The notes under the pieces are model-generated. The model saw only the letters and a list, made by a program, of their open reading frames with translations, ran no database searches and was not told the DNA's origin. A program made the translations under genes and the position numbers. 64,000 bases of DNA from an uncultured Erysipelotrichaceae bacterium. Its GTDB lineage: Bacteria; Bacillota_I; Bacilli_A; RF39; UBA660. Location of the stretch: NCBI GenBank assembly GCA_902764145.1, contig CACWUS010000002.1:69493-133492 (forward strand), written 5' to 3'. Below are positions 37,229 through 45,985 of this stretch, in pieces; within the stretch, counting starts at the first letter, position 1, and the number at the start of each line of letters is the position of its first letter.

Positions 37229-38673
37229 TGAATAAAGGTATTGTTGAATTACATAATGAATTAAAAAGTAAAAAAACAACAAGTGAAGAATTAGTTAAAG
37301 AATCTTTAAAGTTAGCTCACGATTGCCAAAAATTAACAAATTCATTTGTAACTATATTAGATGATGCTGTAGGAAGTGAAGTAACAGATGATTTGTTAAG
37401 TGGAATTCCTTATGGTATCAAAGATATATTTTCAACAAAAGGAATTTTATCTACAGGTAGTAGTAATACACTAAAAGATTATGTTCCATTCTTTGATGCT
37501 ACATGTGTTAAAAATTTAAAGAGTCATGGTGCAGTTGCAGTAGGTAAAACAGTACTTGATGAACTTGGTATGGGTGGTACTGGTACTACAGGACACACAG
37601 GTGTTGTTAAAAACCCATGGGATACAAGTAGAATGTGTGCTGGTTCTTCTGCAGGTAGTGCAGCAAGCGTTGCTTATGGTGTTTATCCTTATGCTCTTGG
37701 AAGTGATACAGGAGACTCAATTAGAAAACCAGCTGCATATTGTGGAATAGTTGGATATAAACCTACATATGGTATGATTTCAAGATATGGAATGTTTCAA
37801 TTTGCTTCATCTTTAGATACAGTAGGAGTATTATCAAGAAGTGTAGAAGATGCTGCAATAGTTGTAGATGGAATGAAAGGTATAGATGAAAATGATATGA
37901 CTTCTTGGGATAGTAGTAATATTCATCTATATGATTCATTAAAGACTGTTAAAGATAAAAAATTATTCTATATTAAAGAAGTTTGTGATATAGAAAACTA
38001 TGAAAACCCAAGCGAAGAATTAATACATCACTTAGAAAACTTTAAAGAAACAGTCAAGAAGTGTGAAAGCCTTGGATTTAGTGTAGAAGGAATAAGTATT
38101 GATAAGACATTATTAAATGCTCTTCCATCAGTGTATGTTGTTATATCTTGTGCAGAAGCAACAAGTAATATGTCAAATCTAACTGGAATATCTTTTGGTC
38201 CAAGAGGTAATGGAGATAGTCCAAAAGAAATAATGAAGAATCATAGAACTGTAGGATTTAGTCCTCTTATTAAAAGAAGATTTGTAATAGGTTCATATGT
38301 ATTACAAAGTGAAAATCAAGAAAAATATTTTAACAATGCTAAAAGAGTTAGAAGATTAATTGTTGATAAAATGAATGAATTATTTGAAAAATTTGACGCT
38401 ATGATTGCTCCTGTTGGAATAGGACCCGCTAAATATTTAGACAATAGTAAGAATATGTTAAGTGAAGATACTGCTGTATTAGATGAATTATTACAAATAG
38501 GTAACTATGGAGGATACCCATCAATTACGATACCAAATGGTTTTGTATCTAATCTTCCAGTAGGTGTAAATATTACAGGAAAAGTTAAAGACGATCAAAA
38601 TGTGCTTAATATTGCATATACATTAGAATCTAGTATGGAATATAAAAATCAATTAGCAAGGAGGGAAAAATAA
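37228..38673 (+). CDS. gatA: Amidotransferase subunit A (amidase signature)
   Basis: GGSSAGSAASVA amidase signature, KDIFSTKG (Lys), 481 aa. Confidence 0.9.
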   Translation: MNKGIVELHNELKSKKTTSEELVKESLKLAHDCQKLTNSFVTILDDAVGSEVTDDLLSGIPYGIKDIFSTKGILSTGSSNTLKDYVPFFDATCVKNLKSHGAVAVGKTVLDELGMGGTGTTGHTGVVKNPWDTSRMCAGSSAGSAASVAYGVYPYALGSDTGDSIRKPAAYCGIVGYKPTYGMISRYGMFQFASSLDTVGVLSRSVEDAAIVVDGMKGIDENDMTSWDSSNIHLYDSLKTVKDKKLFYIKEVCDIENYENPSEELIHHLENFKETVKKCESLGFSVEGISIDKTLLNALPSVYVVISCAEATSNMSNLTGISFGPRGNGDSPKEIMKNHRTVGFSPLIKRRFVIGSYVLQSENQEKYFNNAKRVRRLIVDKMNELFEKFDAMIAPVGIGPAKYLDNSKNMLSEDTAVLDELLQIGNYGGYPSITIPNGFVSNLPVGVNITGKVKDDQNVLNIAYTLESSMEYKNQLARREK

Positions 38674-40103
38674 TGGCATATAAAGCAGTAATTGGACTTG
38701 AATTTCACTGTGAAATGAAATCTCATACAAAAGTATTTTCCCCATCTATAAATGGATACTCAAAACTTGCTAATGAATATGTAAGTCCTATTGATATGGC
38801 ATTTCCTGGTACACTTCCAGTAGTTAATAAAACTTGTGTAAGAAAAGCTATTGAGATGGCAATGATTTTAAATTGTAAAATACCTGAATATATGGAATTT
38901 GATAGAAAAAATTATTTTTATCCTGATTTACCAAAAGGATATCAAATAACACAATTTTATAATCCAGTAGGAGTAAATGGTAAGATAACAATAGATGTTA
39001 ATGGAAAAGAAAAAGAAGTATTAATTCATGATATACATTTAGAAGAAGATGCTGCATCACTAGATCATTACTATAATACATCAACAATTGATTATAATAG
39101 AGCTGGTGTACCTTTACTTGAACTTGTAACAGAACCTTGTTTGCATTCTGCTGATGAAGCTCTTGCATTTTTAGAGCATGTAAGAAGTATATATCAGTAT
39201 ACAGATATATCTGAGTGTGATACTAAAAAAGGTCAAATAAGAGCGGATGTTAATGTTTCAATAATGGAAGAAGATGCAACTGAATTTGGTACAAAAGTAG
39301 AAGTTAAAAATGTAAATAGTTTTGATGCTATTAGACAAACTATTGAATATGAAATTAAAAGGCAAAGCAAACTTAAAGATGAAGGTAGATATGATGAAGT
39401 TGTTCAAGAAACAAGAAGATGGGATGATGAATCATGTACAACTATTCATATGAGAAGTAAAGCAGATGCTATAGATTATAAATATTTTAGAGAACCAAAT
39501 CTTCCTAGATTTAAAATAACTGAAGAATTAAAAGAAGATATTAGAAAAAGTATACCAGAACTTGCTTATGAAAGACGTGAAAAGTATATTAATAAATATG
39601 GACTAAGTGAATATGATGCAGGAGTACTTGTTAAATCAAAGAAAGTATCTGATTATTTTGAAGAATGTTTACATCTTGGAACAGATGCTAAAAGTGCTTG
39701 TAATTGGATAACAACAAGAGTACTTGCTGAAGTTAATAAATCTGAAGATACTACAATAGATGATGTATTTGTAAGACCAAATATGATTTATGAATTAGTA
39801 AAACTAATAGAAGACAAGAAGATAACTAACAATCAAGGAAAAGAAGTATTCATTCATATGTTAGAAGATCATCTTACTCCAAAAGAAATAGTTAAAAAAT
39901 ATGATATGGAGATAATAGAAGATGAGGGATTAATTGATTCATTAGTTAGTGAAGTAATAAATGAAAATTCACAGGCTATTGAAGATTATCATAATGGAAG
40001 AACAAACATGTTAGATTATATGGTTGGACAAGTTATGAAAAAATCAAAAGGTAAAGCTAATCCGGTTGAAGCAAAACAAAAATTGTTAGAGAAGATTAAA
40101 TAA
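38673..40103 (+). CDS. gatB: Amidotransferase subunit B
   Basis: GLEFHCEM, VDYNRAGVPLLELVTEP, C-terminal GatB/YqeY domain. 476 aa. Hairpin GATTAAATAATTTATTTAATC plus T6 terminator at 40094..40120. Confidence 0.9.
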   Translation: MAYKAVIGLEFHCEMKSHTKVFSPSINGYSKLANEYVSPIDMAFPGTLPVVNKTCVRKAIEMAMILNCKIPEYMEFDRKNYFYPDLPKGYQITQFYNPVGVNGKITIDVNGKEKEVLIHDIHLEEDAASLDHYYNTSTIDYNRAGVPLLELVTEPCLHSADEALAFLEHVRSIYQYTDISECDTKKGQIRADVNVSIMEEDATEFGTKVEVKNVNSFDAIRQTIEYEIKRQSKLKDEGRYDEVVQETRRWDDESCTTIHMRSKADAIDYKYFREPNLPRFKITEELKEDIRKSIPELAYERREKYINKYGLSEYDAGVLVKSKKVSDYFEECLHLGTDAKSACNWITTRVLAEVNKSEDTTIDDVFVRPNMIYELVKLIEDKKITNNQGKEVFIHMLEDHLTPKEIVKKYDMEIIEDEGLIDSLVSEVINENSQAIEDYHNGRTNMLDYMVGQVMKKSKGKANPVEAKQKLLEKIK

Positions 40104-40179
40104 TTTATTTAATCTTTTTTATATTGAATTCTAATTATTTTAATGTTAAAATAATTATTAGAATAAGGAGGATATCCAA

Positions 40180-40932
40180 ATGGATAAAGTATTAGACTTT
40201 TTAGCTGATAATTATATGATATTTATGATTATTAGTGGTGTATTATTAGTGTTATTAATTGTATTTTTAATAGGAAGTAGAAAGAAAGGAAAACAAGTAG
40301 AAACAGCTAGTGCAACAGCACAACCTCAAACTGAAGTTCCACAACCAACAGAAGTTCCACAACCAACAACTTTTGTTGCTAATAATGAAGTTCAATCTTC
40401 AGAGCCAACTTTAGTTATAGATGCAAATCAACCATCAACTCAAACTGGTGGAGATGTTCCAATGGGAAATGATCAAGTTGCATCAAATGAACCAACTTTA
40501 GTTATTGAAGATCCTAGTGCTACTTCAAGTGTAGTTGAGCCAACTCCCGCTCCTGTACCAGAACCTGTTCCTGTAGCAAGTCCAGAAGTTACTCCAGTAG
40601 TTGAACCTGCAACTACAAGTATTTTTGAGACTCCTGATGCAACACAAGCTACCCCTACAATAGAGCCAGTAACTCCAGAAGCTGCAACAGGTGCAACTCC
40701 TGTGGTAGAGCCTATGGCTACACCTGCTATGGAACCAATAGCTCCAGTAGTTGAGCCAGTTGCTACACCTACAGTTGAACCAATAGCTCCAGTAGTAGAG
40801 CCTGTGGCTACACCTGCTATGGAACCAATAGCTCCAGTAGTTGAGCCAGTTGCTACTCCTACAGTTGAACCAGTAGCTCCAGCAGTAGAACCTGTGGCAG
40901 CACCTGCTCCTGAACAAACTATTCAACAATAA
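40180..40932 (+). CDS. Membrane-anchored Pro/Thr/Val/Glu-rich tandem-repeat protein
   Basis: N-terminal TM MIFMIISGVLLVLLIVFLIG. Then a low-complexity region with repeats EPIAPVVEPVATP(A/T)(M/V). Confidence 0.5.
   Translation: MDKVLDFLADNYMIFMIISGVLLVLLIVFLIGSRKKGKQVETASATAQPQTEVPQPTEVPQPTTFVANNEVQSSEPTLVIDANQPSTQTGGDVPMGNDQVASNEPTLVIEDPSATSSVVEPTPAPVPEPVPVASPEVTPVVEPATTSIFETPDATQATPTIEPVTPEAATGATPVVEPMATPAMEPIAPVVEPVATPTVEPIAPVVEPVATPAMEPIAPVVEPVATPTVEPVAPAVEPVAAPAPEQTIQQ
40690..40905 (+). repeat. Tandem 45/90-nt coding repeats
   Basis: GCTACACCTGCTATGGAACCAATAGCTCCAGTAGTTGAGCCAGTTGCTACACCTACAGTTGAACCAATAGCTCCAGTAGTAGAGCCTGTG repeated. Creates the spurious minus-strand ORF 40525..40929. 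Confidence 0.8.
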
Positions 40933-40954
40933 GAATCATTTGATTCTTTTTTTC

Positions 40955-40983
40955 TTGCAATTAATTCTTAAATTTGATACAAT
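40955..40983 (+). promoter_or_regulatory. Promoter for T-box leader 2
   Basis: TTGCAA-17 nt-TACAAT. Preceded by the terminator AAGAATCATTTGATTCTT plus T7 (40931..40957). Confidence 0.55.
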
Positions 40984-40989
40984 TTATTT

Positions 40990-41180
40990 CGTTGAAGGAC
41001 GAGTAAAATAATTAATTATTTTAAGAGAGTTAGTGTTTGGTGAAAACTAATAATAATATTATTTGAAGCTACTTTCATTATTTGAGTTAATCACTCACGG
41101 TTAAAACCGTTATATTAAGTAAGTTAAATAAAGGATGGTACCGTGCATTTGCACTCCTTATGTACTATTCTTTTTTGTTT
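40990..41180 (+). promoter_or_regulatory. T-box riboswitch leader with GCU (Ala) specifier, controls alaS
   Basis: AGAGAGTTAGTGTTTGGTGAAAAC stem I base. Specifier context GAA-GCT-A at about 41065..41071. T-box sequence AAATAAAGGATGGTACCGTG. Terminator plus T6. Confidence 0.7.
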
Positions 41181-41194
41181 TTAAGGAGGAAAAT

Positions 41195-42937
41195 ATGAAT
41201 TTAAAAGATTTATTTATTGATTTTTTTGTTAGTAAAGGACATAAACAAATTCCTAGTGCTCCAGTAGTACCAGAAAATGATCCAAGTGTTTTATTTAATA
41301 CAGCCGGAATGCAACCTTTAATACCATATTTAATGGGAGAGCCTCATCCATATGGTACTAGATTGTGTGACTATCAAAAGTGTATTAGAACAAATGATTT
41401 AGATAATATAGGGGATTCATACCATCATACTTTTTTTGAAATGTTAGGCAATTGGTCATTAGGAGATTATTTTAAAGAAGAAGCTATAGAATGGAGTTTT
41501 GAATTCTTGACTAAAGTATTAAATATACCTGTAGAAAAACTAGCAGTGACAGTTTATGAAGGAAGCGACAAAATTCCTTTTGATCAAGTGTCTCATGATA
41601 AATGGTTAAGTTTAGGAATAGATGAAAAGAAAATAGCAAGAACAAAAGATGATAATTTTTGGATTGCTGGAGAAACTGGGCCATGTGGACCAGACAGTGA
41701 AATGTTTTATTTTAGAAGCGATGATGAAATTCCAGAAGTATTTGATCCAGAAGATGAAAGATGGGTTGAAATATGGAATGATGTGTTTATGCAATATTAT
41801 AAAGATGAAAACGGCAATATTACTGAACTTCCTAAAAAGAATGTTGATACTGGAATGGGATTAGAAAGAACAGTTGCAATATTAGAAGGAGTAGATGATA
41901 ATTATACTTCTAGTGTATGGAAAGATGTAATTGAAGTAATAGAAAACATTTCAAAACTACCATATAAAGGTAATGAAAAATCTATGAGAATAATAGCTGA
42001 TCATATTAGAACATCAGTATTTATTAGTGCAGATTATAGTGGTATTAAACCATCTAATGTTGGGCAAGGATATATACTTAGAAGACTTATTAGAAGAGCA
42101 ATTAGACATGCAAAAAAACTTGGAATTGATATTGATAGTAATTGGGAAAGTTTAATAGCAGAAAAAATAATTGAAAAATATAGTAAATATTATAAAGAAT
42201 TAGAAGATAACAAAGCTATAGTATTAGATGTCTTAAAAAATGAAAAAATTAGATTTAACAGAACTATAGAAAAAGGATTAAAAGAATTTGAAAAAGTCGC
42301 TAATAAAGATATAGATGGAATAACTGCATTTCATTTATTTGATACTTACGGTTTTCCAATTGAATTAACAGAAGAATTAGCAAGCGAAAAAGGATTAAAA
42401 GTAGATATAGAAGGTTTTAATACAAAATTTAAAGAACATCAAGAATTGTCTAGAACAGCTTCGCAAGGCCAATTTAAAGGAGGACTTGGTGGACATTCAG
42501 AAAAAGAAACAATGTATCATACAGCAACACATCTTTTAAATGCTGCATTGAAAAAGACTGTATCTAAAGATGTTCATCAAAAAGGATCAAATATTACAGA
42601 AGAAAGAATGAGATTTGATTTTAGTTGTGATCATAAACTAACAGATGAAGAAAAACAAAGCACAGAAGATTTAGTTAATAAATGGATTAATGAAGGTATT
42701 GATGTAACTCAAGAAGAGATGAAAAAAGAAGATGCTATTAAGAGTGGAGCAGAGTGTATGTTTATAGAAAAGTATCCTGATATTGTAACAGTTTATTCAA
42801 TAGGAGATTTTTCAAAAGAATTATGTGGAGGTCCACATGTTAAAAATACTAAAGAACTTGGTCATTTTAAAATAGTAAAAGAAGAAGCAAGTAGTGCTGG
42901 AGTAAGAAGAATAAAAGCAATATTAGAAGATAAGTAA
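41195..42937 (+). CDS. alaS: Alanyl-tRNA synthetase, short form (catalytic, tRNA-recognition and editing domains; no C-Ala domain)
   Basis: N-terminus FFVSKGHKQIPSAPVVPENDPSVLFNTAGMQPL. HTATHLLNAAL and CGGPHV editing-site motifs. Ends ...GVRRIKAILEDK, where full-length AlaRS continues. 581 aa. Confidence 0.8.
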   Translation: MNLKDLFIDFFVSKGHKQIPSAPVVPENDPSVLFNTAGMQPLIPYLMGEPHPYGTRLCDYQKCIRTNDLDNIGDSYHHTFFEMLGNWSLGDYFKEEAIEWSFEFLTKVLNIPVEKLAVTVYEGSDKIPFDQVSHDKWLSLGIDEKKIARTKDDNFWIAGETGPCGPDSEMFYFRSDDEIPEVFDPEDERWVEIWNDVFMQYYKDENGNITELPKKNVDTGMGLERTVAILEGVDDNYTSSVWKDVIEVIENISKLPYKGNEKSMRIIADHIRTSVFISADYSGIKPSNVGQGYILRRLIRRAIRHAKKLGIDIDSNWESLIAEKIIEKYSKYYKELEDNKAIVLDVLKNEKIRFNRTIEKGLKEFEKVANKDIDGITAFHLFDTYGFPIELTEELASEKGLKVDIEGFNTKFKEHQELSRTASQGQFKGGLGGHSEKETMYHTATHLLNAALKKTVSKDVHQKGSNITEERMRFDFSCDHKLTDEEKQSTEDLVNKWINEGIDVTQEEMKKEDAIKSGAECMFIEKYPDIVTVYSIGDFSKELCGGPHVKNTKELGHFKIVKEEASSAGVRRIKAILEDK

Positions 42938-43008
42938 TTATCTTCTTTTTAATTGACAAAAATGTTAATAAATGTATAATATTATTTACAAATATTTACG
43001 GGGGAAAT

Positions 43009-43404
43009 ATGGATAATAATAGTTTAATATTAGGAAAAATACCTACTTCTGGAGGAGGTATTACAAAGACATATGAAGAAAGTAGATTTGTTTTTATTCA
43101 AGATAAATCTCATCAAGCATATTGTTTAAAAAACAATTGTGAGTTTTATCTTAATGTAAAAACAAATGAAATTACACCAGATAAAAATGAAGAAGATACA
43201 TATAAGGAAATGGTTATTTTAAGTATTTTACCATATGGAGGAGCAAGTCAACATGGTGGAATATATTTTGATTTTATTATAGAAGTTATTGAGAAAGATA
43301 TTCTAAGAGCTCATTTATATGATGAAAGAATGATTTTAGAAGAACTAACAAATAAAAATCAAAATGGTTTAGTTTTAAAACAGGAGGTTATTTATGAAAA
43401 TTGA
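43009..43404 (+). CDS. Hypothetical protein
   Basis: 131 aa. RBS GGGGGA upstream. Confidence 0.4.
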   Translation: MDNNSLILGKIPTSGGGITKTYEESRFVFIQDKSHQAYCLKNNCEFYLNVKTNEITPDKNEEDTYKEMVILSILPYGGASQHGGIYFDFIIEVIEKDILRAHLYDERMILEELTNKNQNGLVLKQEVIYEN

Positions 43405-44170
43405 ATTAGTAGATATTGAAATGGATGGAGTATTACTTAATGATTTTAAAGAACTAGAAGAAATGTATTGTTTTTATAAAAAAGCTTGTGAAGATTTAAA
43501 ATTAATAATTGAAAACAATTTAGATTTAGATAGTTTTTTTAGAATAATTATGAAGTATTATGATGTTGAATTATTTGAAAGTGAACATGATACTTATATG
43601 ACTTGTAATCTTTTAGGAATTAAACCAAAAAGATTATCAACAGATTTTATTTTATATGAAAAAGATAAACATGCACCTAAGTTCTATTTTGAAGATTGGA
43701 TTATAATGGAAACTGGTAAAGTAGATGCAAGAAGAATTTATTCACAAGGAGAAATTGATAATTTATTAGATGATGATCAAATGGTAGTATTATATCCATA
43801 TGCAAAAAGACCTGCATCTAAGAGATTACAACATGTACCAAATGATAATAGTAGTTATGATTTAACATATAATGGAGAGTTTGTAATTGATGAAAGTGAA
43901 CTTGGACAGACATCAGGACAACTTGAAAATATAACATATTATAATGACTGGATGAGAACAGAGTTTAATCTTTATAATAGTCCAATAATTCAGAGTAAAT
44001 TAAAAGAAAAAGTATTTACTAAAGAAAGATTAATGAAAGATGTAGCAAGTTATAGATTTAGAGCTTTAGAAGTACTTAAATTAATCAAAAACTTAGCAAC
44101 AAAAAAGAATTTAAATATAAGTGGAATTATAGAAGAAGAAATTAATATGCTAAGATTAAAGAAAAATTAA
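43394..44170 (+). CDS. Hypothetical protein
   Basis: 258 aa. Overlaps the upstream gene by 11 nt. Confidence 0.4.
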   Translation: MKIELVDIEMDGVLLNDFKELEEMYCFYKKACEDLKLIIENNLDLDSFFRIIMKYYDVELFESEHDTYMTCNLLGIKPKRLSTDFILYEKDKHAPKFYFEDWIIMETGKVDARRIYSQGEIDNLLDDDQMVVLYPYAKRPASKRLQHVPNDNSSYDLTYNGEFVIDESELGQTSGQLENITYYNDWMRTEFNLYNSPIIQSKLKEKVFTKERLMKDVASYRFRALEVLKLIKNLATKKNLNISGIIEEEINMLRLKKN

Positions 44171-44224
44171 TAAACATAGATAATATCTATGTTTTTTTAT
44201 GATATAATTATTTTGGTGAAAAAA

Positions 44225-45244
44225 ATGAATATCTATGATTTTACATTAAAAGAATTAGAAGAATATTTAATAAAAAATGGTTTCAAAAAATATAATGCTA
44301 CTCAAATAATAGAGTGGATTTATGAACATAAAGTATATGACTTTAATAAAATGACTAATTTAAGCAAAAAACTTATATCTTTTTTAAGTGAGAATTTATT
44401 TTTTGAAGATTTAGAAGTAATTGAAGTAGAAAAAAGTGAGCTTGCTAATAAATATTTATTAAAATTAAAAGACAACAACAAAATAGAATGTGTACTTATG
44501 AATCATGATTATGGTTATTCACTTTGTGTATCTAGTCAAGTTGGATGTAATATGGGATGTTCATTTTGTGAAAGTGGAAGGCTTAAAAAAGTTAGAGATT
44601 TATCACTTGGAGAATTAGTTGGACAAGTATTATGTGTATCAAAATATGAAAATATTAGAATAGATAGTATCGTTGTTATGGGAATAGGAGAACCATTTGA
44701 TAACTTTAATAATATTAAAAGATTTATAAGTGTTGTAACAAATAATAAAATGATAAATATTGGCCAAAGACATTTAACAATATCAACATGTGGATTAGTG
44801 CCAAAAATATATGAATTTGCAGACCTTGAAACCGGTGTAAACTTAGCAATAAGTTTACATGCTCCTAATAATGAAATAAGGGATAAGATTATGAAAGTTA
44901 ATCATGCATATAAAATTGAAAAAGTTATGGAAGCCTTGGATTATTATATTTCTAAAACAAACAGAAGAGTAACTATTGAATATATAATGCTTGAAGGAAT
45001 TAATGATAGTGATAAATGTGCATATGAATTATCTTCTCTTGTTAAAGGTAAATTAATGTATGTGAATTTAATACCATATAATGAAACCTCAAATATCTCA
45101 ATGAAAAGAAGTAATGACTTTAAAATAAAAAGTTTTTATGATATACTTAAATCGAACAATGTAAATGTGACAATAAGAAAAGAAATGGGCGGTAATTTAT
45201 CTGCAGCTTGTGGACAATTACGTGCTAATGCAGAAAGGTTGTGA
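44225..45244 (+). CDS. rlmN: 23S rRNA/tRNA m2A methyltransferase (radical SAM)
   Basis: CxxxCxxC as GCNMGCSFCESG. MGIGEP. C-terminal Cys in ...SAACGQL. Conserved position before stp-prkC. Confidence 0.85.
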   Translation: MNIYDFTLKELEEYLIKNGFKKYNATQIIEWIYEHKVYDFNKMTNLSKKLISFLSENLFFEDLEVIEVEKSELANKYLLKLKDNNKIECVLMNHDYGYSLCVSSQVGCNMGCSFCESGRLKKVRDLSLGELVGQVLCVSKYENIRIDSIVVMGIGEPFDNFNNIKRFISVVTNNKMINIGQRHLTISTCGLVPKIYEFADLETGVNLAISLHAPNNEIRDKIMKVNHAYKIEKVMEALDYYISKTNRRVTIEYIMLEGINDSDKCAYELSSLVKGKLMYVNLIPYNETSNISMKRSNDFKIKSFYDILKSNNVNVTIRKEMGGNLSAACGQLRANAERL

Positions 45245-45247
45245 AAT

Positions 45248-45985
45248 ATGAAATCATATTATCAAACAGACCCTGGTAAAGTTAGAAGCCATAATGAGGA
45301 TTCTGTTAATATAGTTGAGAACGATAGTGGAGAAGTCCTTGTTGTTGTAGCTGATGGAATGGGAGGCCATAAGGCTGGTGAAGTTGCTAGTTCTCTTGCT
45401 GTCAATGAATTAAGTCGAAGATTTAGTGAATTATCAAGTATAGGCAGTAAAGAAGAAGCAGTGGTTTGGTTAAAAGAGATAATAGATGAAGTTAATATAA
45501 AGATATTAAAATATGCAGAAGAACATGTAGATGCTTCTGGTCTTGGAACAACTTGTGTCTGCACAATTGTTACAAAAGATTTCTTACTATTTGGAAATAT
45601 AGGAGACTCAAGTGGCTATGTTTATAAAAAAGGAAAGCTATATAAAGTAACAAAAGATCATACACTTGTAAATATACTTCTTGAAAGTGGAGAACTTACA
45701 GAAAGTGCTGCTAAGATGCATCCACAAAAAAATGTTCTTATGAAAGCACTTGGCGTTGCAGAAAAAATAGAAATGGACATATTTGATGTTGAAAGAGATG
45801 TTGATGGTATTTTCTTATGCAGTGATGGTCTTACAAATATGATGACAGTAGAACAAATGGAAAAAATATTAAATGATAAAGAATTAGAATTAGAAGAGCA
45901 AGTTGGTAAAATGATTATGAAAGCCAATATGCGTGGGGGAACGGATAATATTACAATTGCATGTTTAAGATTCGGTGGTGAATAG
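45248..45985 (+). CDS. stp: PP2C-family Ser/Thr protein phosphatase
   Basis: VADGMGGHKAGEVAS, DGLTNM, GGTDNIT. Confidence 0.85.
   Translation: MKSYYQTDPGKVRSHNEDSVNIVENDSGEVLVVVADGMGGHKAGEVASSLAVNELSRRFSELSSIGSKEEAVVWLKEIIDEVNIKILKYAEEHVDASGLGTTCVCTIVTKDFLLFGNIGDSSGYVYKKGKLYKVTKDHTLVNILLESGELTESAAKMHPQKNVLMKALGVAEKIEMDIFDVERDVDGIFLCSDGLTNMMTVEQMEKILNDKELELEEQVGKMIMKANMRGGTDNITIACLRFGGE

Noticed and set aside
40525-40929. Minus-strand ORF (134 aa, W/Y/C/S-rich)
   Set aside because: Reverse complement of the Pro/Thr repeat coding region. An artefact of the tandem repeat.
43009-43404. 131-aa ORF after alaS as a detached C-Ala domain
   Set aside because: Contains a GGG stretch but lacks the GGKGGGRPDxAQAGG-like C-Ala signature and the DHHA1-like pattern. 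Left as hypothetical.
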